A program made the translations under genes and the position numbers. This document shows positions 1 through 11,950 of a stretch of DNA of 64,000 nt, in pieces. How positions within the stretch are numbered: position 1 is the stretch's first letter; each line of letters opens with the position of its first letter. Origin of the DNA: Ranitomeya imitator. Taxonomy: Eukaryota. The stretch spans positions 131,626,001 through 131,690,000 of the forward strand of contig NC_091290.1 in the NCBI RefSeq assembly GCF_032444005.1, read 5' to 3'. Under the pieces are notes generated by a model. That model made no database searches. It had not been told where the DNA came from and saw only the letters and a list, made by a program, of their open reading frames with translations.

Positions 1-175
1 CATCCTATAAAATGATGGTGAATCACTTTATGAACATGGAGAACCCTACCAAGAAGGAAGTGGCTGTAGATCTAGGGTCTAGATTCCCACCTAAGTGTCC
101 CTTGAATGGGGGCACAGCCTGGATCCTTACCAATCCAGTGATATTCCATTACATCTTTTTTTATATTTTCTGTAG

Positions 176-343
176 GTGAAATCTATACCCTGAGTTCCTA
201 CTTAGACAGAGAGACAAAAGCCAGTTATGAAGTCATTGTGCAAGCCAAGGATTCTCCGGGACTAAGTGGTGGATTTTCGAGCTCAGCGACGGTCATCATC
301 CACTTGAGTGATATCAACGACAACTTTCCGACTTTCACAAAGA
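176..343 (+). CDS. CDH5: CDH5 exon ([13 protein letters not shown]...[11 protein letters not shown])
   Basis: tgtag acceptor, gtaagt donor, 168 nt, phase 1-1. Confidence 0.92.
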
Positions 344-3300
344 GTAAGTATCAACTTAGGGTGCCAGAAAATAGATCATCTGTGTCAGAAACGAAGACAT
401 ATTAAAATGTTGAACTTTGGAAGTCAACCTTCTCGTGGGGGACCATTCATGCTCATGGCTTTTCGAAGGTCCTCTCCATAAATCAACAAACATATATTTG
501 CACCTTGTGAACCCCTGAAACGTCCAGCAAACTTCCAGCACCAATACGATGATTGACCTGACCCTAATGTTTCCCCAAATTCACAGAACAGTACACGTTC
601 AACGTCTACGAGGATCTGAGAGTTGGAGAAGTGGTGGGAAAGATTTCGGTAGAAGATGTTGATGAACCACAGAACAGAATTGCCAAGTACACTTTTATGA
701 AAGGCATATTTGAGCAATGGTTTAAGATAAAAAGCAATCCCCAGACCAACGAAGGGATAATCATTCTCACAAAGGTATGAAAAGGGGCCTCTGCCCATCT
801 TTTCGCCCGTCTGTGCCTCTTGCTATAAACACGTCTCTCGTTTCAGCCTCTGAACTACGAGAGTAGTGATAAACAATTCAGAATGAGCATTGAAGTCACC
901 GACCCCTCCATTGACCTCCGAGTGGCAAACCAGCAAAGGCCAAGCAGCACCACTGAAGTCATCATCAACGTCTTGGATGTGGATGAACCCCCCGAGTTCA
1001 TGGACCCTTTCTACCTGTTCAAGGTGAAAGAGGATGAGAAACAGAAAAATATCGGTTTTGTATCGGCCGTAGACCCTGATTTTCCCAAAAAAGTTGTGCG
1101 GTAAGAATCGTTATTTAATTTGTTGTATCGTAACCATGCAGAAATATTTCTATTACGGTTAAAAATTAAAAATAAAAATGAATGGAGGCAGAAACACTAA
1201 CAGTGAGCCACAGGCTGTACTAGTATATATTAGACATATATATTAGACACACATTTACATCCCGTGTAGCTTTTTATAAAGGAAACTAAGAGAACATGTC
1301 CCCTACAATGGACACTGTTGGAGGGATGCCCTTATATGTTAAATTGTTATACCACTACTTCTTTTTCCTAAGTCTTTGCAACATATTGTATGGGAGGTAG
1401 AAACACTAACAGTGAGCTACATGCTGCACTAGTATATATCAGATACAAATTTACATCCTGTGTAGTTTTTATATTAAGGAAAGTAAGAGAACATTTCACG
1501 TCCACCATTGGAGGGATGCCCTTTGGTTTAATTTTTATACCACTACATCTTTTTATTAAGTATTTGCAACCTGCTGTATCGGAGGTAGAAACACTAACAG
1601 TGAGCCACATGCTTCATTATTACATATTAAACTCTTTTCTCTGAAAGAAAATTTCATTAGTTGTTTTTATCTTCTTTACGACACATACTATGTTAAGATT
1701 GATGGCAGAATTTTAAAATAAAAAAAAAATAAAAAAACTATTTTGCAAAATTGTTCAAAAGGCATATAAATCTGCACAGCATTACCAAAGCATTAGAAAA
1801 ACTACCATTTATTTCCCCAAAAAAAGTAAAAAAATAAAAATAAAAATACTGACGCGTTTCAGGCTGGTCAATAGTCTTTAGCCATAGAATTCTGTGCAGT
1901 GATTAAAAACCGTAACAATTGTACAAATTGTAATTTGGGGTTTTCTAGGACTGTGTGATCGATGACGTATTTTTTGGGTCCCACGTGGTGCAGATCTTTT
2001 TCTTCTATTATCTCATTGTAGGTATTCTGCCAAAACCAGCAAAGACGACCTAATTAGAGTGACCGACAATGGAAGTATTTATGTTGGGAAGTCGCTTGAT
2101 AGAGAGACCAGCGCTTGGCACAATTTTACTGTAATCGCTGAAGAAGTTGGTACGTATTATTTTACATTCTATTTGGTGTGCTGCAAATTTTCATCAATTT
2201 TATTTCTGGTGGAGTCAATTAAAGGAGTTGTTCACCTTTGGATCCCCTTTTTTATTTAAATTTTGGACTAAAAATCATTTTTGTAATTGGGTTTCTTTAA
2301 ATATTTTGCATCGTTTGGCTTGCACAGGCTATGTTCAACTGTAATGTGATCTGTGGTCATAAATCAGCTCAGGGGAGGGTAGAAAAAGATTTGTGAGCTC
2401 ACTGACAGATCCTCAGTTAACTCATTCTGCAGCCAGCAATAGAAAAGGCAGCACAGAGGCTGTAGAAGGCAAACGGTGCAACATTTTTAATTGCAAAAAT
2501 GATTTTTTTTTTTTTTTACAACCAATTACATGCATCTAAGTGAAAAATAAATTGTTTCTAAAGGTGGACAACCCTTTTAATATGATGGGAGAATGTGATT
2601 TTAGGATTATAAATTTAACAATAACTCCTCATTGCAGACTCTGCAACGAAGAAATCGTCGTCAGCAAATGTGTACGTACAGGTGCTGGATGTCAACGACA
2701 ATGCCCCCGAATTTGCCGAGCCCTACGCCCCAAGGGTGTGTGACAATACCGCCAATGACGAGGTAAGTGATTGCGACCCGTCTGTGCACTTATATTGCAG
2801 AGATTTCCAAAAGTAAACTAAGTTCAGTCAAACCTGTCGATATCAAAAGGTCCGGATAATAACCTAATGAGTACAGAGGGCCACAGATTCCTCCCCGACA
2901 GGCGATGAAGATCCAACATGTCTAATTTCCTACTGCCAATCCTTTTATAAGGTGTCGCTTCTGGAATAAAGAGGTCACCACTCATGCCACCACCGATCAA
3001 TACAATGTCTATGAGATTGCCAGAAATAGCTGGGCACTATCGCTTTATATAGACCCCAATCTGTTGGTCTTGGGTCTGTATCTGTGTAATGAAAAGTTAA
3101 ACTTTGTTCTCCACATTCCTGTGCTTCTCGGCTATCCACGGAGGACACCGCCAAAGACAACATACTTGAAGCCACTAGACGGTGGCACTCAGGCACACGT
3201 ACATGCAATTTAAAGCTCCCCTGAGAGTCTGGGACAATTCCCTTTCTTCCAAAACTGACAAGTATGTCCCATCATATATTTAGAGTATCTTCAGAACCAT

Positions 3301-6128
3301 TTGTCCTGATGGACACAATGTATGAAAGTCCAATTCTGGTTATAAATAATCTTTTCTATGGTTTTTGCATGAATTGATACAGTACCACATAATATAAATG
3401 GTTGGTACATAAAATTAGATAAATGGAAATAGGGGAACATATGTGTAGCTGGGTTAACTGGCTCAGGGACAGGAAACAGAGGGTGGTTAGTAATGGAAAA
3501 CGCTCAAATTGGGTCCCAGTTAACAGTGGAGAATCACAGGGGTCAGTATTGGGCCCTCTTCTTTTTAACATTTATTAATGACCCTGTATAGGGCATACGG
3601 AGCATTATTTCAATATTTGCAAATGATACTAAACCCTGCAAGGTAATTTATTATGACAGTGGGATTTATGTAAGCTGGCGGCTTGGACTGAAAAATGACA
3701 ATTGAATGTAGATAAATGTAAGGTCAGGCACTTTGGCAGAAGAAATGAAATGTATAATTACGTACTAAATGTTAAAACACTGAAAAAGGCTGGGTGTATG
3801 GGTGGACGACAAACTCAACTTTAGTGGTCAATGCCATGCAGCTGCTGCCAAGGCTAATAAAATAATGGGATGCATTAAATGAGGCAGAGACGCTCTTGAG
3901 TAATTTTGATCCAAAGTTGAAATAATTGAGCATTAACCTTTAACGTTTGCTCATCTGTCTCCTTTTAGGCCATCTTAACCATCTCAGCAACTGATAAGGA
4001 TGAAATGCTCCCGGGGACGAAGTTTACATACTATTCGGCGGAGAAAGAAAACAATTTCACAGTGGTGGATATTCGCGGTATTGTGCTGTTCTTCCCCGTT
4101 AGCCTCCAGTGCACACACACAAATACCACGCAGAAAACTCAGGATGTGGCTCTGTAAAATGTAGACATTTTGATTTAAAGACTGGTGGCTCCATCTATCG
4201 GGGTACAGCGAGCATTTCCCTCTGTAATATACGTGCCCCGTCTTCCGCTAGAACGGAACTCACCAGATGGGGAATTTGTAAACTGTCCTAAATTAGGAGA
4301 AGGAAGGAAATCAAGTGCAAGAAGTATAAGCAAAGTACAGGACTTCGCACAAGATGATTGTGCCAGCATCTCCAGATTTATAGAGAAGCAACAGGACCCT
4401 CGCAGCGGCGGTGCGGCCATAATATAGCTAGTCAAATCAATCTCCACTAAGCTGAAACGAATCGAGCGTTTGTCCAGAATAACAAAAAATATATATATTT
4501 TTTAAATAGCGCCACACCTGCCTACAGGTTGATTGTGGTATTGCAGATTAGCTATTTTATTTATGATTCTGGACAATGACATATTCCAACATCAAAATAA
4601 TTTTTACAGGATCGGAGCCCCCAATTATCACTGGAAAGGGAGTCCTTTATTTGCACGAGCATGACCAATGCAACTCTCACTGTGGTGATGTATGCGCATT
4701 ACAGCACCCGTAGATAGAGAAGGGACTAGCAGAGGTCAATGCATGCGCACTACTGCTCCTGCTCCATCCACTGGCATGCTGGGACCCCCATTACTGGGAT
4801 CAGTGCACCCCAAGTGTGATGCTGCCTCTGTACCCCAAGAGTGACTGCTGCCTCTGCACCCCAAGTGTGGCCACTGCCTCTGCACCTAAAGTGTGGCCAC
4901 TGCCTCTGCACCCCAAGTGTGATGCTGCCTCTGTAGCCCAAGTAGGATTTCTGCCTCTACACCCCAACTGTGATGCTGCCTCTGTACCCCAAGTGTGATG
5001 TTGTCTCTGCACCCCAAGTGTGATGCTGCCTCTGCACCCCATAGCTTTGTGCACTCAGTCGACATATAAATGTCTCATACACTGATGATGTCTCACGTTA
5101 CCTGTGACCTGACGTCTGGGATCATTTTCTCCTCTGCAGATAATACAGCACAAATCGTAGTGAAGAATGGAGCCTTTAATCGCGATGTGACGAAGTTCCA
5201 CTACCTGCCAATAGTGATCTCTGACAACGGAGTGCCGCCCCTGAGCAGCACCAACACTCTGACCATCACGGTTTGCAAGTGCAACGAAGAAGGCAAATTC
5301 ACTTACTGTGAGGAATACCTAAAGCAGACGGCAGTGTCGTCCTCCACCATCATCATCATCTTCTGCAGCCTAGCGCTAATCCTTCTGTGCGGTGAGTCTC
5401 CATCAGGTCTGGTGCCTCCATCAAATTACTCCTTTTTAGGCCAGTTTTACACATCCATGATTTGCGGTTCCAATATCCATTGACCCAAACCCAACATGCC
5501 GATCAGCTCCATACTTGGACCATGAAAAGTGGATGTGTGACACTGACCCTACACTAGTTTCTGTTGGACCATGGGTGTCCAGATCAATGAGCAGTTTACG
5601 GTCTTGACTTTGATCTCTGATTTTGTTTTTGCAGTGCTCGTAGCATTTCTGATACTGCGGAGGATGCGCAGTAATGGCCCCCTGATGTTAATGAAGAACC
5701 CAGCAGAAATCCACGAGCAGCTGGTGATCTACGATGAGGAAGGAGGAGGAGAAATGGACACCAATGGATATGATGTGTCCGTGCTCAACTCTGTGCGTAG
5801 AAACGTGGCGAGGTCAAAGCCTGACATGGTGGAGCCTTACCCCAACCTGTACGCCCACGTCCAGAAACCAGCCAGAAATGGAGACATGTTCTCCATGATC
5901 GAAGTGAAGAAAGACGACGCGGACAACGATGGAGACTGCCTGCCCTACGACACCCTCCACATATTCGGCTATGAAGGCTCCGAGTCGAATGTGGAATCTC
6001 TCAGCTCCTTGGAGTCCGGATCATCAGATTCTGAAATCGACTATGATGTGTTAAATGAATGGGGCCCCAGATTTAAGATGCTGGCTGACCTGTACGGCCT
6101 GGAAAACCTGGAGGAGTTTCCTTATTAA
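176..6128 (+). CDS. CDH5: Cadherin-5 (VE-cadherin), 3' part: join(176..343,587..774,847..1100,2022..2149,2638..2762,3969..4077,5140..5391,5635..6128); 5' exons lie upstream of the window
   Basis: Eight exons with ag/gt junctions and consistent phases. They encode cadherin repeats ([33 protein letters not shown]), a TM segment and a tail ([41 protein letters not shown]) that matches VE-cadherin as recalled. BEAN1/TK2 synteny agrees. Confidence 0.95.
587..774 (+). CDS. CDH5: CDH5 exon (QYTFNVYED...EDVDEPQNR...NEGIIILTK)
   Basis: cacag acceptor, gtatga donor, 188 nt. Confidence 0.92.
847..1100 (+). CDS. CDH5: CDH5 exon (PLNYES...DVDEPP...[10 protein letters not shown])
   Basis: tttcag acceptor, gtaaga donor, 254 nt; overlaps ORF 883..1104. 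Confidence 0.93.
2022..2149 (+). CDS. CDH5: CDH5 exon (YSAKTSKDD...[18 protein letters not shown])
   Basis: tgtag acceptor, gtacgt donor, 128 nt. Confidence 0.9.
2223..2576. mobile_element. TTAA-flanked non-autonomous MITE (T2/Kolobok-like). Related internal motif gagctcgctgatggtttctcagttaactcattc recurs at ~7920-8160, ~8930-9260, ~26610-26650 and ~55170-55270
   Basis: TTAA at 2219-2222 and 2577-2580; imperfect TIRs AGGAGTTGTTCACCTTT / AAAGGTGGACAACCCT; dispersed copies in the window. Confidence 0.6.
2638..2762 (+). CDS. CDH5: CDH5 exon ([35 protein letters not shown])
   Basis: ttgcag acceptor, gtaagt donor, 125 nt. Confidence 0.92.
3220..3905 (+). mobile_element. Degenerate CR1-type LINE reverse transcriptase fragment
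   Basis: Plus strand encodes [11 protein letters not shown]...SIFA(N)DTK across frameshifts; ORF 3356..3571 is its antisense shadow. Confidence 0.7.
3969..4077 (+). CDS. CDH5: CDH5 exon ([11 protein letters not shown]...[10 protein letters not shown])
   Basis: ttttag acceptor, gtattg donor, 109 nt. Confidence 0.9.
4795..5040. repeat. ~25-bp minisatellite (caccccaagtgtgatgctgcctctg)n
   Basis: About 9-10 tandem units visible. Confidence 0.85.
5140..5391 (+). CDS. CDH5: CDH5 exon (NTAQIVV...ISDNGVPP...VCKCN...start of TM)
   Basis: ctgcag acceptor, gtgagt donor, 252 nt. Confidence 0.93.
5635..6128 (+). CDS. CDH5: CDH5 last coding exon (end of TM plus catenin-binding cytoplasmic tail)
   Basis: ttgcag acceptor; in frame with ORF 5571..6128; TAA stop. 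Confidence 0.95.
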
Positions 6129-6842
6129 CCTGGCTGCCAAGTCCACACCCAACAAACACACACTTCCATCCTCTCCACCCTTTCTGATCTTCTGGATTGG
6201 TCCCACCATTGAGGTGGAGAACCAGTAGAAGGTTTGGCAACTCTTCTCGAACGTCTAGAAGGCTCCCTGAAAAAAAAAAAATGAAGACCTCCCGGCCTCC
6301 CTGAAGAGTTATGAAGTCTCCCGAGAGCCTCATACATCTGTTCTCCTCCAAAGTTTGCTTCAACGGGACTCCGAGCTACACGGGCCAAACGTGATCCTCC
6401 TGGAAAAGGATTTAGAAAAGTTGACTAACATAATCAAATGAACAAGAAAGATGATGTAGATCACATTGTGCCTTAACTGCCTCCTTTTGGGGTAATCTCC
6501 TTCTTTTTGCATTATTTCTATGACTGTGCCATTTATCTTTATAACTATGCAACTTATCTCTATGTTAAGTGGGCGGCTCCACCTCAGCGCTGTGCCGTTT
6601 GCTGCTCCCATTCCCCTCTCACAGCACATCATTTCATACCAATACTACATAGGAAATACTGCAGCTGCATCCCCCTCCTCCCCCCTTTCTAGCATTTACT
6701 CATTTATTTAAAGGGATTGTTCAGCCTAAGAAGAAAAAAAATCTGCAGACACAATCTGAGGAGAGACAGGGTGCTGGTTTGGGTTAGAAAAAAACACAAA
6801 AAGAGAAGACGTGTTTGTCTAATCCTAGTCAATCCTCTTAAG

Positions 6843-7071
6843 GCTATGTGCACACGTCAGGATTTCTTGCAGAAATTTCCTGAACAAAACTGGACATTTT
6901 CTGCAAGAAATCCACATGCGTTTATGTCATGTTTTTTCACGTTTTTTGCACTTTTTTGCATTTTTTTTTTTCGGAGGTTCCCAATGCAATAATATAGTGG
7001 GAAATCTGCAAAAAAAAACCTGCGAAACGATGCGAAAAAAAAGCGAAAAATCCAGAAAGTGTGCACACAGC
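6843..7071. mobile_element. Palindromic PIF/Harbinger-like MITE
   Basis: GGCTATGTGCACAC...GTGTGCACACAGCC termini with internal inverted symmetry. Confidence 0.65.
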
Positions 7072-7254
7072 CTTGGTGTTAACCCTTTACTAACACATTA
7101 ATAAAGGGGTTATTAGTGACACTAAATTTTGCCGCCTCTTTGAAACGCAAGTTTTAAGCGCACGATCTTAAAAAAAAAAATTTTTACAAAAAGGCAAAAA
7201 AAAATTTTAAACACCCTGAACCATCGCCAACTGGGAGGTGACTAGTACATTGCT

Positions 7255-7312
7255 GTAAAGCGCTGCGGAATATGTTGGCGCTATATAAATAAAGATTATT
7301 ATTATTATTATT
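7255..7312 (+). mobile_element. 3' tail of an L2/CR1-related LINE or SINE
   Basis: agcgctgcggaatatgttggcgctatataaataaag followed by an (ATT)n tail. Confidence 0.5.
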
Positions 7313-9699
7313 GCACCATCTGCTGGCTAGGACTCGTTACTGCACCACAATCATTTATTATGGTGCTGTGCTGTGTTTTTGGCTCTGCAGTGTATGGTTC
7401 TGCCACCATTGCAGAGGGGAGGAGTTAGTGAGACTTCAGTCCAGAGGGAAAGATCCGCCCACTGGACTCTTGTGATCAAAAGCGCACAGCCATTAATTTT
7501 TTTTTATGATTATTATTATTTTTTATTATTATTATTCATTTTTATAGCGCCATGGTGCATTACATGTGAAAAGGCGGCAAATATAGACAAATACAATTAA
7601 ACATGAGAAAAAAAATAAATAAAAAAAAATGATCATGCAATAGTTAAAAATCGTGCATTCTCAATGGGCAGAGAGGAGTAAGCGGCTATCAGATTCTGTT
7701 AATGGTGCCTTTGAAAACAAAGGATCGGGCATGTGAAATCACAACATGCCCAATCCTTCCTTTCCTTGACATCCTTCAGGGACTTCTGATGTGTATGAGC
7801 CCCCGTGTGTCCATCACTTCAGCTTTTCAGGAATCAATGAAGGATCTTAGTCAATGACAGCAAGCAGAGGTGAGATCATCAGGAGCGTCATTCGTAGGCC
7901 CCTACGGTCATAAAACAGCTGAGAGAAACTCCGAAAAAGAGGAAAGTTAGAAGCTCTCCTTTCAGACCATCCGAACGAGCTCGCTGATGGTTTCTCAGTT
8001 AACTCATACAGCACAACACGGAAGCAATGGAATCCAGCACACACAACTTTGATGTGGTATGTGATCAGAAATCAGAAAAAGAGAGAGCGGCAAGTTAAAA
8101 ACTCTCCTTTCGCGCCTTCAAAATGAGCTCGCTGACTGTTTTTCAGTTAACTCGTTCTTCCGCCAAGAGACCTCATTAAGTGCAAATCTCGTCCACTTTT
8201 CTGGTGCTTTTATTAAATCCTTTCCAAAAATTAATGACCCTCAAAGCCATATATATTTTTTTATTTTCGTTTTCCATTCTTCCTCTGCCGGAGATTATTA
8301 ACACTATATCTTCCTCTCTCCGTCCTCAGGGATACTTCTGTGATTAATTACTTGAATTTCGCCTCTGCTCGCCATGTTCCCCTGACATTTAGCCGCTGAT
8401 ATAACGAGATGAGGTGTGTTGTGCACCGCCATCACGTAACGTATAATACCGCCCGCTCAGGAACCCTCTGTAATGATTTATATGATGTGTTATTGGGACT
8501 GTATACTAACCGCCATTATACTCGTATAGGATTGCATTATGGCGCCGTTGGGTTACTGTACTATGTATCTGTATAGGGGGTGGGGGGGGCGGTATTTAGT
8601 GTTTTTTCTTTCTTTTTCTTTTTTTTTTTGCTTTTTTAATATTTTTATAAAAATTAATAAAATTATACAAAAAAAAAAATATTGGAATTTATAGGAGAGT
8701 TTGTATGTCGAGAATATGTGCGTGTGTCATCCATAACATTAAAGGGGTTGTCCATCCACCCACCCACGTCTGGGGTCATTTATTTTTTTTTTATTATAAT
8801 TAAAATGCATATAGTTGGTGCTAAAAAAAAAAAAAATCATTTTTGCAATTGGGTTTGATTAAAAATGTTGCGCCGTTCAGCCTTTACAGGCTCGTCGTTT
8901 TCAGCACATTCAACTTTGATGTGGTCTGTGGCTGAGAAGAGCTCAGAAAAATAGAGAAAAGTTTGAAACTTTCCTAAGAGACTAGCAAAACGAGCTCGCT
9001 GACGGTTCCTCAGTTGACTCATTCTGCCTCCACCCACAGACGGTGCTTTTACACGATCTTTGTTTCCATCACATACAACTTTGATGTGGTCCGCGGTCAT
9101 AAATCAGCTGACAGGGGGGTCAGAGAAAGGGAGAAAAGTTTAAAAACTCTCCTATCAGACAAGAGCTCGCTGATGGTTTCTCAGTTAACTCATTCAGCCG
9201 CCACTGATAGCACAACACAGATGCTGTATAAGGGCAAACAGTGTATTCATTGTGATAAAACCCAATTGCAAAAATGTTTTTTAGCCAAAAATACAGCCAT
9301 TACGTAAGAAACAAATGCCTCTAATGATGGAGTAAGAGTGAGAAGACAGGTTTACTCTTCGGCTAAGTACGATCACAGCGATTCCAGGTTTATATCATTT
9401 TTTTATTTTTTATGTTTTGCTACTTTTGAAACTTAAAAAACTTTTACAAAAACAATAGTTTAGTTTTGCATCACTGTATTCTTAGCGCTATAACTTTTTC
9501 ATTCTTTCTCCAACAAAGTCATATGAAGCTTTGTTTTGGGTCTTTTGACGCAAGAAAAAAATGGGGCTTTAATATGCAAGGGTGGAAGCCTGAGATGTTA
9601 CTTGGGGGGTTGGGGGGACTCACTGAGCTGCCTAAGGTCCCAGTCACTTTCTGTCCAGGTCAGTGGTTAGTACTGGTGACAATGTTCCATCCTCCTCTT

Positions 9700-10150
9700 C
9701 CAATCTTTGTTGCTACATTCACTAGGATTATAATGGAGGATTGGTGCAGATGATCCATGATCAGACCCAGATATAGACCTTAGGACAGACACCGTAAAAT
9801 CAAGCCTTAGACCCCTGCAAAAAATGTTCTGTATGCTGAAGTTTAGATGTCCCTTCACAGGAAGGAAGGGCCCAATGCCGACCCCTGATAACAGCCCATA
9901 GCATTACCTTCCTGTACAGAGGGCACAATGCAGTCAGGGGGTAACGTCCTCTTGGAATCGCCAAACCCAGACTCCTCCAGCAGAGAAGTGTGATCCGTCA
10001 CTGCACAGAACACGTCTTCTCCAGAGTCCAGTGGTGGCGGCTTTACACCACTCCATCCGACGCTCTGCATTGTGCTTGGTGATGTACGGCTGCATGAAGC
10101 TCCCGACCAGAGGAGGTCAGTTATGGGGTCAGCAGAACTTTGGTGACTTT
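9700..10150 (-). mobile_element. Highly decayed Tc1-like transposase fragment
   Basis: Minus strand gives RTLPPDCIVPSV...MGC...GIGP...VKG, resembling the CIVPTVKFGGG-VMVWGC core. Confidence 0.4.
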
Positions 10151-11829
10151 TCTCACTCAATTATAAACTTCTAATAAAAAAGCAACATCTTTTAGTATTA
10201 ATCATTTCCTAATAATCGCCCCTTTCAATAAGTGACATGAAGAATTGTTGCAAATGACAGGACTTTCTTTGTTCCTCAGAACTTCCATTTTTTTTTTTTT
10301 TTTTGCACTGACAGTCTCAGTCATGTAAGGTAAAAGCAAGTAACATCTGGTGCAGTTCTGCTGATTGACGCGTAAATCAATCCCGACTGGCGCTTGTCCG
10401 TCACCTGATAATGTCATGCCCATAAATCAACACTTGGTGGCAGTGTTCTCTGTCCGTGTCGTTGTTTAGAGGCGACAGGCGCCCCTCCAATCAATCACCG
10501 CGGCGGAGCGGCCGTTATCCGCCACACAACAATTAGCGGCTGCCGTTTTACATTTATGTTCCCTGCGTACCGACACGATGACATCGAAAGAAAATCTGCG
10601 CCAAAGTGACATTTAAAAACCAAAGCAATAAGCCGCGGTATAAATGTAACAGCTTTGTAATACACTTTTATTGATTCTTTTTTGTTTAGGTTTTTTTTCA
10701 CATTTTTGTTTTTTTTCTGACAAAGTTTTGGAATGTTCGCAAAGGAAAAAAAAAAAAAATAAATAAAAAATTTAGGTTCAGATGGAATTTTTGGGAGGAG
10801 GAAAAATCTGATGAGTTTCTCAGAAAAAATCCATTCCAAAAATCATTGCTTTTTTTTTATCGGTTTTGGAGACTTTTTTTTTTTTCTTGGAGAAGTTTTT
10901 AAACTTTTTTTTTTCCATGCAAGTGTTTTGCAATTTCTCCAAAAAGTAATTTTTTTTTTCTTGGTGACGTTTTCAAAACTTCAAAAATTATTTGAAGCAG
11001 ATTTTAAAGAGACCAATGAAGGGTCTGACAACTTGCTGACAGTTTCCAGGATTTTTTTTAAATTGTATTTATTTATTTTTTTCTTTTAGATAAATTGCAA
11101 AAAGTGAATTGCTTCACTAATAAAAGCTGCTGCCATCTGCCATGATTCTATTCTGAATTTATTAATAAGTAATATTCTAGTCTCTGCGTCCGTGCAAAAT
11201 GAGTGCAGTGCCTGTGTCTATGGCTGGTTTGACAGATTTAGCTTATAGAGTAGCAATATGATGATACAATGTAATCCGTAACCTTTTATGTTATGAAAAT
11301 ATCACTTGTCATTATTTATGTTTTATTTTTTTGTGGAAGGGTAAATAACCCTGCAGCTATTTACTGACATGCAATACTCCACAGTGACCAGCAGGTGTCG
11401 CTGCAGCCTTTGGATGGAAGATCAGGAAAGATCCAGGTTGTTCTATGGCTTGTTCTATGAGTGGTGAGTGGGGGAGGGGAGGCTGGGAAACAGAGTCTAT
11501 GGCTCCTGGATGTGGACTCTCAGGCCTCAATTCTCAGCTAAATCAAAAGAATGGGCAAAATTCACTTTCCAAGATTCTCTCCACTCAGCTGTGACATATC
11601 TCAGTTTCCTGCCTCATAATACAGTCATTTGTTCACTTTCTATCCGTCAGTATATTCTGGGAATGGATGGGCATTGTTGTTTTCCAATTAAATTAGTCAG
11701 AGGAAGTCAAGAAAAAGTGTCTGTCCAAACTTATATTTATATACGTCCCCATAATCCTATTATTTACTGTATAAGTAATGAAATCAATACTGAATCTCAG
11801 CATAAGCTTCAATGTGGATCATCAGGGAC

Positions 11830-11950
11830 AGAAACATAGATAATAGATAGATAATAGATGATAGATAATAGATCATACATAATAAATAGCTAATAGATAG
11901 ATAATAGATAATAAATAGATAAATAATAGATAGATTATACATAATAGATA
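11830..11950. repeat. (GATA)n-derived microsatellite, continuing at 13531-13715 and 13875-13945
   Basis: TAGA/GATA tandem units on both sides of the Tc1 insertion. Confidence 0.85.
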
